Part shown: piece by piece, positions 41,839 through 52,243 of the stretch | Layout of the letters: each line of letters begins with the position of its first letter | Position numbering within the stretch: the first letter of the stretch is position 1 | NCBI GenBank assembly: GCA_963823665.1 | Contig: CAWGMQ010000004.1 | Span: 1,216,001 to 1,280,000, forward strand | Origin: an uncultured Planctomycetota bacterium | GTDB lineage: Bacteria > Planctomycetota > Planctomycetia > Isosphaerales > Isosphaeraceae | Length of the DNA stretch: 64,000 nucleotides | Direction of reading: 5' to 3' | Position numbers and translations under genes: made by a program | Notes under the pieces: model-generated | Seen by the model: the letters and a program-made list of their open reading frames with translations, nothing else | What the model was told of the DNA's origin: nothing | Databases searched by the model: none

Positions 41839-43478
41839 AGTGCCAATCCGGATCGTCGGGGTGCTTCAGGTCCCAGAGGGGCCGACGGCTGCGCACGGTC
41901 GGAATCGTCTCGAAGTTGTAAGCAGGAGGAGGGGACGTCGAGGCCCATTCGAGCGTCCAGGCGTTCCAGGGATCGTCGCCCGACGGAGCACCGTAGAAGA
42001 GCGAAATCAGGAAGTTCCACGCGAAGATCAAATAGCTCGGCGCCTGAATGAGCGCGCCCACGCCGGTGAGCACGTTCCAGAACTGCCAGCGGACGATCGG
42101 CCTGATAGGTGAAAATCCTCCGCGGCATTCCCAGGATGCCGGCAGACGTGCATCGGCCCGAAGGTGAGGATGAAGCCGATGAGCAAGAGCCAGAAGTGCC
42201 ACGCGGCCAGCCGCTCCGAGTACATCCGGCCCGGTGACTTTGGGATACCAGTAATACATCCCCGCGAAGAGGCCCATCAGGATGCCGCCGATGATCACCC
42301 AGTGAAAATGGCCCACGACAAAGTAGCTGTCGTGGAGCTGATAATCGACCGGCGCCACCGCGAGCATGATGCCCGTCAATCCGCCGATCACGAACATCGA
42401 CAAGAAGCCGAAGCAGAAGAGCATCGGCGCGGCCATGCGAATGCGCCCGCCGTAGATCGTGGCGAGCCAGTTGAACATCTTCACTCCGGTCGGAATGCCC
42501 ACCACCAGGCTGGCCGCGGCGAAATAGACGTCGACCGTCCTGCTCATCCCAACCGTGAACATGTGATGCGCCCAGACTCCGAAGCTGACGAATGCGATGG
42601 CCACGGTCGAGGCCGCCACGAACTCGTAGCCGAAGATCACCTTGCGGGAGAAAACCGGAATCACTTCCGAGACCATGCCGAAGGCCGGCAGAACCAGGAT
42701 GTAGACTTCGGGATGGCCGAAAAACCAGAACAGGTGCTGCCACAAGTAAGGTGAGCCGCCGGCCTGGGCGTCGAAGAAATGCGCGCCCAGATTGCGGTCG
42801 AACCAGAGCATGATCGAGCGCGGCGGTCAGCGGCGGGAGAGCGAACAGGATCTGCACGTTGGCCCAGAATGCCATCCAGGTGTAGAGCGGAATCTTGCGC
42901 AGCGTCATTCCAGGGCAGCGCAGCGAAAGCACCGTGGCGACCAGGTTGATCGCACCCGAGACGCTGCCGATGCCGCTGACGATCAGCCCCAGAATCCAGA
43001 AGTCGGTCGCCGAGCCGCGGGCAAAGGCTCGCTCCGTGAGCGGGGCGTAGGCGAACCAGCCGATCGCCGGCGCCCCTCCGGTGGCAAAGCTGAAATAGGC
43101 GAGCAAGCCGCCGAAAATCGTGACCCATAATCCCAGCGCGTTCAAGCGCGGGAACGCCATGTCGCGCGCGCCGATCTGAAGCGGGACGATGTAGTTGGCC
43201 ACGCCGGCCAGGATGGGCATGGCCACGAAGAAGATCATCGTCGTGCCGTGCATCGTCATCATCTGGTTGAAGAAATCGGCCGAGACGATTCTGGCACCGG
43301 GCCACATGAGCTGAAGGCGCATCACGAGCGCTTCGGCACCGCCGATGAGCAGGAACACGATCGCCACGAGGATGTACATCACGCCGATCTTCTTGTGATC
43401 GACGGTGGTCACCCACTCGTGAAGCACGCCGGTCCATGGCGGGCGCGACAGTGCGGTTTCCTGGTGAGCGAGTGTCAT
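41831..43478 (-). CDS. ctaD: Cytochrome c oxidase subunit I, A1 type (frameshifts near 42820 and 42090-42230)
   Basis: [40 protein letters not shown] and GMPRR. Confidence 0.95.
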
Positions 43479-43539
43479 GAAGGCCGTTATCCTGCAAGTG
43501 AGTCGTCGGCGGTTCAACGAGATGCTATGGACAGGAAAT

Positions 43540-44553
43540 CTACTGGAGAGCGCTCAAGTAATCCACGAGGAGATCGACGCTTTTCGCATTCAAACCGAAT
43601 CGAGGCATCAGACAGCCTTCCTTGGTCTGTTGGGGATCGTTCAGCCACTTGCGCAGCTCCTCCCGGGTATTCGGGGTCATTCCCGCGGCGATCGTCTGCC
43701 TGCTCATCAGGTGCGTCAGGTCGGGGGCATAGGTGCCCCGCGCGGTTGTGCCGGTGACGCGATGGCAGTTGACGCACGACTGCGACAAAAATGCGCTTCG
43801 CGCCTCACGCAGCTCGGGCTTGTCGACGGCCGGCCTTTTCTGGTTCTCCAGCCACGACTGGAAATCTGCCGGCGAATCGACGTTCACCCGCAGCAGCATG
43901 TTCGCGTGCTGGGTTCCGCAATACTCGGCGCACTGGCCGAGAAACACGCCTTGCTGATTCGTCTGAAACCACATTTGATTGGTGCGGCCCGGGATCAGGT
44001 CGGTCTTTCCGCCCAGGCGCGGCACCCAGAAGCTATGGCAGACGTCGGCCGACTTGAGCGTCAGGTAGACCGGTCGCGGCACGCCGTCTTCGCTGGCCGG
44101 CACGTGCAGCTCGTTGGCCGTGATGAAGCCCAGATCCTGATCGTCATACTTGTCGTAGATGTATTCCCACCACCACTGATGGCCGATGACGGTGACGTAG
44201 AGCGGCTTGGCTCCGGCCGGCGGAGCCTTGGGATCAACTCGAACCAGGAACTCGGTGCGCGTCAGGATCGAGCGCCAGCACGAACACGGTCAGCGCCGGC
44301 GCCGCGGTCCAGGCGATCTCGATCGGCATGCTGCCATACACCTGGGGCGGCTCGGCCGTTTCTTTGCGCGCAGGCGGAAGCGAACGATGCTGTAGATGAG
44401 CACGCCTTCGACGACAAGCAGAATCACGCCGCAGATGGCCAGGACGAGGATGAAGAGCGACCGGATCGCATGCGCCGCGGGTGAGCTCGGATCGAAGATC
44501 GATAGATTCTCGGCCGCGCCGGCTCGACTGGCAAAGAGGATGAGTCTGCTCAT
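43540..44553 (-). CDS. ctaC: Cytochrome c oxidase subunit II with fused cytochrome c (caa3 type; several frameshifts)
   Basis: PPQVYGSMPIEIAWT, HQWWWEY, DVCHSFW, CuA motif CAEYCGTQHANM and CVNCH. Confidence 0.93.
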
Positions 44554-44851
44554 ACTTATCGCGTCCTGGTGCGAGCTCGGCTTGCGACAACCTGGCGGCA
44601 CCTGGTGGCCACCCGCCCTTGCGCTGCCAAGACGAGAATATAAGCGGAGCCAGTGGACTTCAACCATCTTCGCCATCAATTCCGGCGAGTCGAATCGAAA
44701 CAATAAACAACTTTCCGTGGCGATTCACTTGGGGGCGGTTCATTGAATGGAAGGGTGACGGGCAGTACTCTGTCGTAGAGGAAAACCCTTCTAGACGCAC
44801 TCGAGAGGAGATAGAACCTCTCCGCTACCCCGATCGACGGAGTTCCGAAAG

Positions 44852-46603
44852 ATGGCCGAACAACCTAAAAGCGGTTTCTATATTGCAGTCGGGCTCGTAG
44901 TCGCTGCGCTGATTGGCTTTGCAGTTTATCGCGGCCGCGATGTGATCGCGCCCCCGCCGGCTGCCCCCCCTGGCGGCGGTGCCGGGCAAGCGAAGATCGA
45001 TCCCAAGGAAATCGCACAACCGGCCGAATCCAGCCAGGATACGTCGAGCCCGACCACCGTCAAGGAATACACGTTCAGGCCGGCCGAAAAGCTGCCACCG
45101 GTCAAGGGAACAGCCGCGTACAAGCCGCTCGTCAACAATACGGTGCGATTTGCTCTGAACATATGGGCAGGTTGGGCGCCAATCGTCTTTGCGAATGACG
45201 GGTTCAAGGCCGGAAAAGAATGGACGACGCCGGGCGGAGAGAAGTTCAAGGTCGATCTCGTTCTGATCGACGAGCCGGTTGCCATGCGCGACGCCTACGC
45301 TGCCGGGAGCATTCATATCGGGTGGGCCACGCTGGATATGGTTCCGCTGTTCCTTCAGGGCTTCGTCGACGCGGAAGGCAACCCGACCGACAGCCGGATC
45401 ATGCCGCGCATCTATCAGCAGGTCGATTTCTCGAACGGCGGCGACGGCATCGTCGTGCGCGAGAATATCAAGACGGCAGCCGACCTTCGCGGCAAGAAGA
45501 TGGTGCTCGCGCAGAACTCCCCCTCACATTACTTCGCGCTCAACATGCTGGTCTCCGGCGGCGTGCAGCCGCCGGAAGTCGATATGACGTTCACGCCGAG
45601 CGCATTCGAGGCCGCCTCCGCATTCAACGCTCGCAAGGAATTCTCGGCGTGCGTTTCCTGGGCGCCGGACATTTACAACTTGGCGAAGATCAAGGGAAAC
45701 CGCATGCTGGTGACAACCCAGACTGCCAACCGACTGATCGCCGACGTCTGGTTCGCCCGGGCCGATTTCGCCCGCGATCACGGGCCAATCATCGAGGGCT
45801 TGGTTCGCGGAATCTTCGACGCGATGGAGCAGCTCAAGGAGCAGCCCAACAAGCAAAAGGTCTCCAAGCTCATGGCTGCCGGCTATACCATTCCGGAGGC
45901 CGATGCGCTCGCCATGCTGGGCGACGCCCACAGCACCAACTGGGCCGAGAACTTCCAGTTCTTCATCAACCAGAACAACCCGACCAACTTCGAGGTCATC
46001 TGGCAACGCGCATACATGCTCTATCGCCGGATCGGCTCGATCACGCACCGGCCCGTGCCCTTCGACCAGGTCATGGATTATTCCGTCATCCAAAAGCTGG
46101 GGCAGGAGGAGAAGTACGCGAAGTCGAAGGTGGAATACGAGTCGAGGGTCGCTCCCAAAGACGTGCAAACCGTTCGTACCGAGGGCGAAGAGATTCTGAC
46201 GAACACGGTCGTCATCCACTTTTTCCCCAACAGCTTTGATCCGATGTCAACCGTTGAACGAACGGTCAACGGCAAGAAGGTCGAGGAACGCTATGACCCC
46301 AATGTCGAGAACGTTCTCAAGGAGATCGCGCAACTGGCCGGGCAGTTCGGCACCGCGCGAATCATCATCGAAGGCCATACCGACGGCTCGATGAAAGGCC
46401 AGGTGCCGGTCGAGGCCGTCAAGGACCTTTCCCTCAAGCGCGCCAACGCCATCAAGGAAGCCCTCATCAGCAAGTACAGCGACCTCGACCCCAATCGATT
46501 TAACGTCGATGGCCTGGGGTGGGATCGCCCCGTCGACCCGCTCAATCAGACCAAAAATCGACGGGTCGAGATCAAGGTGCTCACGGCCGAGAAGGCAAAC
46601 TGA
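44852..46603 (+). CDS. ABC substrate-binding protein (NMT1/SsuA-like) fused to a C-terminal OmpA-like peptidoglycan-binding domain
   Basis: N-terminal TM anchor, W.GWAP, SNGGDGIVVR, DLRGK; IEGHTD, LSLKRANAIK and KNRRVEI. Confidence 0.88.
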   Translation: MAEQPKSGFYIAVGLVVAALIGFAVYRGRDVIAPPPAAPPGGGAGQAKIDPKEIAQPAESSQDTSSPTTVKEYTFRPAEKLPPVKGTAAYKPLVNNTVRFALNIWAGWAPIVFANDGFKAGKEWTTPGGEKFKVDLVLIDEPVAMRDAYAAGSIHIGWATLDMVPLFLQGFVDAEGNPTDSRIMPRIYQQVDFSNGGDGIVVRENIKTAADLRGKKMVLAQNSPSHYFALNMLVSGGVQPPEVDMTFTPSAFEAASAFNARKEFSACVSWAPDIYNLAKIKGNRMLVTTQTANRLIADVWFARADFARDHGPIIEGLVRGIFDAMEQLKEQPNKQKVSKLMAAGYTIPEADALAMLGDAHSTNWAENFQFFINQNNPTNFEVIWQRAYMLYRRIGSITHRPVPFDQVMDYSVIQKLGQEEKYAKSKVEYESRVAPKDVQTVRTEGEEILTNTVVIHFFPNSFDPMSTVERTVNGKKVEERYDPNVENVLKEIAQLAGQFGTARIIIEGHTDGSMKGQVPVEAVKDLSLKRANAIKEALISKYSDLDPNRFNVDGLGWDRPVDPLNQTKNRRVEIKVLTAEKAN

Positions 46604-47568
46604 TGAAGGATCTTCGTTTCGCCTTGCGGCGCCGGTTACCGACCTGGCAGGCAGTGCTCATGGGCATTCTGGGCGTGGGCACCTGCCTGTCGATCTGGTG
46701 GTTTGTGACGTCCGGACCGGTCGAAGAGCGGATCATTTCACCCGCGAAAGGGCTGCCCAGCCCGAAGGAGACGTTCGCCAGCTTTCCAAGTCTGTGGTTT
46801 GATCGGGCGCTCACGCGCAACCTCCTGATCACCCTGCGACGGCTTTCTCTGGGGTTCGGGCTGGCCACACTGGTCGGAGTACCGCTGGGAGTGCTCTGCG
46901 GCTGCTTCGATCGGGTGCAAACTTTTTTCATGCCCGTGATTTTGTTCGGCCGCAACATCCCGGTCGCGGCACTCATTCCGCTGACGTTCTCCCTCTTCGA
47001 CATCGGCGAGATGCAAAAGGTGATGTTCATCTTCATCGCCTGCGTGGCATTCGTGGTGTGGGACACCACCCGTGCCATCGAGGAGGTTGGCGGCCAGTAC
47101 ATCGACACAGCTTACACGCTGGGTGCCGGCACCTGGCAGACCATCGGCAAGGTGCTCTTGCCGCTGGCACTACCCAGCGTGTTCAACTCGCTGAGACTGC
47201 TCTTCGGTCTGGCGTTCGGCTACATCATGCTCGCCGAGGTGGTGAAGTTCGGCTCGGAAGCCGGTGGGCTCGGCGATCTCATCAACACGTCGCAGCGCCT
47301 CGGCAACCGCCGGCACGTGCTGCTCATTCTGCTGATCATTCCGGTCGTCGCACTGTGCATCGACCGGTTCTTCTTTTTCGTCCAGGCAGAGCTGTTTCCG
47401 TACCGATACGGCGGCATGGGTCTTCTGGACCGGCTGCTTCGCAGCGTGCTGCACGCCTGGGAAGACCTGCGCTTGTTGATGTGGAGAGCAGTCACGGGAC
47501 AGCTCTGGCGGAAAGCGGTCGGGAAGCCCGCACCGGCCAATGCTCCAGCCGATGCCAAGACGCCATGA
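46603..47568 (+). CDS. ABC permease, SsuC/TauC type
   Basis: LPSP, GVPLG, IPVAALIPL and EAA-like loop YIDTAYTLGA..VLLPLALP. Confidence 0.92.
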   Translation: MKDLRFALRRRLPTWQAVLMGILGVGTCLSIWWFVTSGPVEERIISPAKGLPSPKETFASFPSLWFDRALTRNLLITLRRLSLGFGLATLVGVPLGVLCGCFDRVQTFFMPVILFGRNIPVAALIPLTFSLFDIGEMQKVMFIFIACVAFVVWDTTRAIEEVGGQYIDTAYTLGAGTWQTIGKVLLPLALPSVFNSLRLLFGLAFGYIMLAEVVKFGSEAGGLGDLINTSQRLGNRRHVLLILLIIPVVALCIDRFFFFVQAELFPYRYGGMGLLDRLLRSVLHAWEDLRLLMWRAVTGQLWRKAVGKPAPANAPADAKTP

Positions 47569-48485
47569 GTAATGCTGATCCAAAGCCGGGAGCAGTTGTG
47601 AGCGCAGCAGCCGGCCAGGCCGTCGGCATCGGCCGCGTGCTCGCCGGCGTTCGCCAGCCGGGCGAAGTGCGGCAGCCGCATGTCGTCGAGTTTCGCGGCG
47701 TGACCAAGATGTTCAACGCCGGCAAATCGAACGAATTCACCGCGATTCACAATGTCACGTTCGTCGTTGAAGACCTGGTCGACAAGGGCGAGTTCATCTG
47801 CGTGCTCGGCCCCAGCGGCAGCGGCAAGAGCACGATCCTGCGGCTCATTGCCGGCCTGCGGCCCCAGCATCCTCCAACCACGGGCGAAGTGCTCGTGATG
47901 GGAGAAAAAGTCCTCGGCCCCGGCGCCGACCGCGGCATGGTCTTCCAGGACTACACGAGCTTTGACCATCGCACTGTCCTCGATAACGTGGCATTCGGCC
48001 TGGAATGCCAGGGCGTGCCGCGACGGGAGCGCTATGAGCACGCCCGGCGCTGGATTACACGTGTCGGCCTCGACGTGACCACAGACGAACACAAATACCC
48101 GCACGAGCTCTCCGGCGGCATGCGGCAGCGGGTTGCGATCGCTCGCACCTTGATCCTGCACCCGCGAATCATTCTGATGGACGAGCCGTTCGGAGCGCTC
48201 GACCCGATGACTCGCATGGCAATGCAAGACCTCGTGCTCGAGCTCTGGCGCACGACGCAGGCAACCGTCTTCTTCGTCACCCATTCGATCGAGGAAGCCG
48301 TGTTCCTGGGAGACCGCATTTATGTCGTATCGAACTCGCCCGGAACGATCCTTCACGAGCTGACGATCGACCCTTCGGACCGGCCGTCCAAGGAAATGCA
48401 GCGTGAAGAACGTTTTCAGCAGACGGTATATTATCTGCGTGACCTGATCAGCCAGCTCGAAGAAAGTCGCCGGGCCGGTACCTGA
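47565..48485 (+). CDS. ABC ATPase, SsuB/TauB type
   Basis: GPSGSGKS, LSGGMRQR, ILMDEPFGALD and VTHSIEEA. Confidence 0.95.
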   Translation: MSNADPKPGAVVSAAAGQAVGIGRVLAGVRQPGEVRQPHVVEFRGVTKMFNAGKSNEFTAIHNVTFVVEDLVDKGEFICVLGPSGSGKSTILRLIAGLRPQHPPTTGEVLVMGEKVLGPGADRGMVFQDYTSFDHRTVLDNVAFGLECQGVPRRERYEHARRWITRVGLDVTTDEHKYPHELSGGMRQRVAIARTLILHPRIILMDEPFGALDPMTRMAMQDLVLELWRTTQATVFFVTHSIEEAVFLGDRIYVVSNSPGTILHELTIDPSDRPSKEMQREERFQQTVYYLRDLISQLEESRRAGT

Positions 48486-48525
48486 TACACGGGGCCGATC
48501 AATTTTCGGGAGGACCAGCAGAGCA

Positions 48526-49442
48526 GTGGGCCTGGGCAAATACATCAAGAAGGCATTCCTTTTTCACTGGAACTTGCTCGCGTTCGCAGGCGGCATGGGC
48601 TTCGCCTTCCTCTCCGGGCATCCAGACGTCTTCGCGCCCGTTGTGCTGGCGGCTGAGACCGCCTACCTCGGGTTCCTCGGCACGCATCCTCGCTTCCAGA
48701 GGCACGTCGACGCCCAGGAGCACAAGGCGGCCCGCGCGCAGGTCGAGTGCCGAGGCCGTCCTGCGCTTGATGCGAGCGCTGCCTCCCGCGCAGCTTCGCC
48801 GCTTTCAGGCTTTGAAGGATCGCTGCCTTTCGGTGCGCCAGATCGCCGAGCAGTTGCGCAGCCCGACGGTGAGGCGCCCTGCGCTCACTCGACGAGCTTC
48901 AGCTCGCCGATCTAGACCGCCTGCTCTGGATCTACCTCCGCACTCTCTACACCCAGTACATGCTCGAACGGTTTTTCCAGAGCACCAGCATGCAGGAGAT
49001 AGAGTCAGAGATCAAACGTCTCGAGGAACGCATTCGCCGGCTGGACAAGGAACCCGAATCCGCCAATCGCACGCGGATCAGGCAGTCTCTGCAAGGCAAC
49101 CTGGAAACCGGCAAGTCACGGCTCGCCAATCTGGAAAAGGCCCGCGAGAACTACGACTTGCTTCAGGCCGAGATCGAGAATCTCGAGACAAAGATCCAGT
49201 CGATTACCGAGCTGGCGATCAACCGCAGCGATGCCGAGGCCATCACCGGGCAGGTCGAGCAGATCACGCAGGGTTTGGTCCGCACCGAGCAGACGATCAA
49301 CGACCTGGGATTCGCCACCGGCGGGGAATCGTTCGATTTGACGGTGCCGAGCATCCTGGCGCGAGAGGTTGGCGAAGGAGCTCAGATGGGACAGGAGGCT
49401 TCGCCGCCGCGACGGCGCCAGGACGAGATTCAATTCCTTTGA
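48526..49442 (+). CDS. Membrane-anchored coiled-coil hypothetical protein (two frameshifts at ~48745 and ~48870)
   Basis: Two N-terminal hydrophobic segments, LDRLLWIYLR and a long heptad-rich C-terminus across ORFs 48526-48915, 48641-49615 and 48960-49442. Confidence 0.7.
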
Positions 49443-49467
49443 TCCGAGGTCACCTCGAGGGCGCTCG

Positions 49468-51255
49468 ATGGCTCTCGCAGAGAAACGGCTGGTGCTGGGA
49501 ATCAACTGCGCCTATCACGAGAGCTCGGCTGCCCTCGTGCGCGGCGATCAGGTCGTCTTCGCCGTCGAGGAAGAACGCTTCACCCGGATCAAGCACGCGA
49601 AGCAAGCTCGAGTGACGAACCCCGATGAGCTTCCCTGGAATGCGATCCGCGCATGCCTCGAGTTCGTACCCGAATCGAAGCTCTCTCTGCTCGACGCCAT
49701 CGCCTATTCGCTCGCCCCGGGACGCCGCCTCGCCATGGTTGGGCTTGATCCGTACCAGCGCGACGACAGAACCGGATTCGGCACGCCGCAGGGCGAAGCC
49801 GAGTTTAACTCCCGAGTGCTGGGGATTCCGCACCTGTTCGCCCGCGAGGCGAATGATTCGGCCGTCGCGGATCGATTTCACTTTGTTCCTCACCACCGCG
49901 CGCACGCGGCGAGCGCATTCTACGCATCGCTGTTCCCGTCGGCCGCCATTCTGGTGATCGATGGCATCGGCGAAGCCGCGACGGCGTGGCTCGGCCGAGG
50001 CACGGGCAAGGGACTGGAGCCGCTCGAAGAGATTCCGTATCCGCACTCGATCGGAATGCTCTGGGAACGGGTGGCCGTGTATCTCGGCTTCACCGAGTTC
50101 GACGCCTGCAAGGTCATGGGGCTGGCCGCCTACGGAGACCAAACGCGGTTCGCAGCGGAGCTTGATCTTCTCTTCCCGATTCTGGATAAACGCGGAGGCG
50201 TGATCGGGAAAGACGCGCCGCCTTTCCGCATCGACTCGGAGATTGCACGGCTGCGAGCCGATGACGTGTCCGGACTCGAAGCGCTCTTCGGACCCAGGCG
50301 CAGCCCGGGCGAATCGCCCACGCTCGCTCGGTTTGCCGACTTCGCCGCGTCCTTGCAACGCCGAACCGAGCAGGCGGTGCTCGCACTCGCTTGGCGGCTT
50401 TTTCGAGCAACCGAAGAACGGTATCTCGTTTTCGCAGGAGGACTGGCACTCAATTGCGTCTCGAACGCCGAGCTCGAGCGTCACGGTCCTTTTCGATCCC
50501 TGTTCGTACCCTGTGCGGCCCACGACGCCGGAACCGCGATCGGAGCAGCACTCGACGTTGCGCATGAAGAAGCCATGACCGCTCAAGAAATTCGAACCTA
50601 CCAGCCGCGGATGCACACTTCGTTCCTGGGTCCGAAGTATCGGGCTGCCGCGATTGAATCAGCCCTTGTGCAGGGGGGCTATTCGTTCCAGAAAGTCGTC
50701 GATCCTGCCGGCATGGCAGCGGCTTTGATCGCCGAGGGGTTCCTGGTCGGGTGGTTCCAAGGTCGAATGGAATTCGGTCCCAGAGCTCTGGGCCACCGGT
50801 CGCTGCTCGCCGATCCGCGCGATGCCCGGATTTGCGATAGGCTCAACCGCAGAATCAAACACCGCGAGCCATTCCAGCCATTCGGTGCGTCGGTGTTGGC
50901 CGAAGAGGCCCGGCACTGGTTCCAAACGCCGCGGCGGCGGTCGCGGGCCGCTTTGTGCCGCAGTTTCATGAATGTCGCCTATCCCGTCCGATTCAAGCAA
51001 GAAGACCGCATTCCGGCCGTGCTGCATCATGACCACACATGCCGGGTGCAGTTGGTGTACGCGAAACAGAACCGACTGTTTCATTCGCTGATCAGCCAAT
51101 TCCAGCAGCTCACCGGGGTGCCGCTCGTTCTGAATACGTCATTCAACGATCAGGAGCCTCTGGTGGCGACTCCCGATGATGCGCTCAAGACATTTGCGCG
51201 TTCCGAGATCGACGCCCTATTTCTGGGAGACTACCTTGTCCGCCGGCCGACTTAG
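49468..51255 (+). CDS. Carbamoyltransferase, NodU/CmcH/TobZ family
   Basis: EEERFTRIKH, HHRAHAASAF, DGIGE, KVMGLAAYG, FGPRALGHRS and LNTSFN. Confidence 0.95.
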   Translation: MALAEKRLVLGINCAYHESSAALVRGDQVVFAVEEERFTRIKHAKQARVTNPDELPWNAIRACLEFVPESKLSLLDAIAYSLAPGRRLAMVGLDPYQRDDRTGFGTPQGEAEFNSRVLGIPHLFAREANDSAVADRFHFVPHHRAHAASAFYASLFPSAAILVIDGIGEAATAWLGRGTGKGLEPLEEIPYPHSIGMLWERVAVYLGFTEFDACKVMGLAAYGDQTRFAAELDLLFPILDKRGGVIGKDAPPFRIDSEIARLRADDVSGLEALFGPRRSPGESPTLARFADFAASLQRRTEQAVLALAWRLFRATEERYLVFAGGLALNCVSNAELERHGPFRSLFVPCAAHDAGTAIGAALDVAHEEAMTAQEIRTYQPRMHTSFLGPKYRAAAIESALVQGGYSFQKVVDPAGMAAALIAEGFLVGWFQGRMEFGPRALGHRSLLADPRDARICDRLNRRIKHREPFQPFGASVLAEEARHWFQTPRRRSRAALCRSFMNVAYPVRFKQEDRIPAVLHHDHTCRVQLVYAKQNRLFHSLISQFQQLTGVPLVLNTSFNDQEPLVATPDDALKTFARSEIDALFLGDYLVRRPT

Positions 51256-52243
51256 CGTCTCGGCAGCGAGGGTCCGAGTCGAGCCGCCCGAAGCGTTGCG
51301 CTTCGAGCCGGTGCGCGATCGATACGGCCCGCGGCTGGCGCTCGTCTTCGGAAATCACGCGCGGGACGGGATGTGCCCATACTATCTCGGGAGCCGGTGC
51401 TTGCACTGCGACATCGGGGCAGGGGAGGGAGCAGCGTTCGATCTCGAGGCGAACCGCGGCCGACTCGCGTGGTTCGCCGGCTATTATCGAGCGATCCTGG
51501 GCTCGGTAAGCCACCTGGTCATCTACAATTCCGGCTCCGTGCTGAACCCCGGGGAAATGCCGCCGGACTTTCTGGGCGAGATCGCCGCCTTCGCACGATC
51601 CTTGCCGGCCGTCCGCGTCCTTTCACTCGACTCACGCGAGGCCTTTATCCAGCGCGAGAGTCTTCGACCGATTCTGGATGTTGCAGGTGCGCAAATCACG
51701 GTCAGACCAGTTCTGGGGGTCGAGTCATCGGACGATCGAATTCGCAATGAAGTCCTCAGGAAGGTGATGCCGCGCGAGAAGATCATCCGCGTTTTCCGCG
51801 ACTTGGGTGAGCTTTCAGCCGAATACGGGCCGGACCGAATTGGAGTCGATGTGAACGTCGTCATCGGCAGTCCGGGTACTACGAGTGAGACAGCGGTGTC
51901 CGATGCCGCGGATACGGCACTCTTCGCGCTACGAGCGGGGTCCGAGCACGGGGTGCGAGTCGACCTGAATCTGCACCCGTACTATAGTGGACAGCGCGGG
52001 CGTGAATTTTTTCCCGATCACGGTCGCTGCTCGGTTGCAACAACCGTGACCGCGGCTTCGGCGATTGCGGAGTTGGTGCGATCGGCTGGGGCGCAGACGA
52101 ACGTCTTCATCGGATGGCAGGATGAAGGTCATGACTGCGAGCAGAACGAGCGATCTCTTGAATTGAAACGCGCGATGGCCGCCTTCGACCGATTCAATCA
52201 GACAAATAATCCTCGAGTGCTTCTGGAAAGCGGGCTGACATGA
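51236..52243 (+). CDS. Atypical radical SAM enzyme resembling the RaSEA/TIGR01210 family
   Basis: CPYYLGSRCLHC (CX7CX2C), IYNSGSVLNPGE, DSR and LGVESSDDRIRNEVLRK; TTG start with GGAG overlapping the carbamoyltransferase stop. Confidence 0.7.
   Translation: MSAGRLSVSAARVRVEPPEALRFEPVRDRYGPRLALVFGNHARDGMCPYYLGSRCLHCDIGAGEGAAFDLEANRGRLAWFAGYYRAILGSVSHLVIYNSGSVLNPGEMPPDFLGEIAAFARSLPAVRVLSLDSREAFIQRESLRPILDVAGAQITVRPVLGVESSDDRIRNEVLRKVMPREKIIRVFRDLGELSAEYGPDRIGVDVNVVIGSPGTTSETAVSDAADTALFALRAGSEHGVRVDLNLHPYYSGQRGREFFPDHGRCSVATTVTAASAIAELVRSAGAQTNVFIGWQDEGHDCEQNERSLELKRAMAAFDRFNQTNNPRVLLESGLT

Noticed and set aside
41831..44553. Oxidase subunits as pseudogenes or programmed frameshifts
   Set aside because: All ligand motifs are intact and similar indels occur throughout the window with no shared slippery signal; sequencing error is more likely
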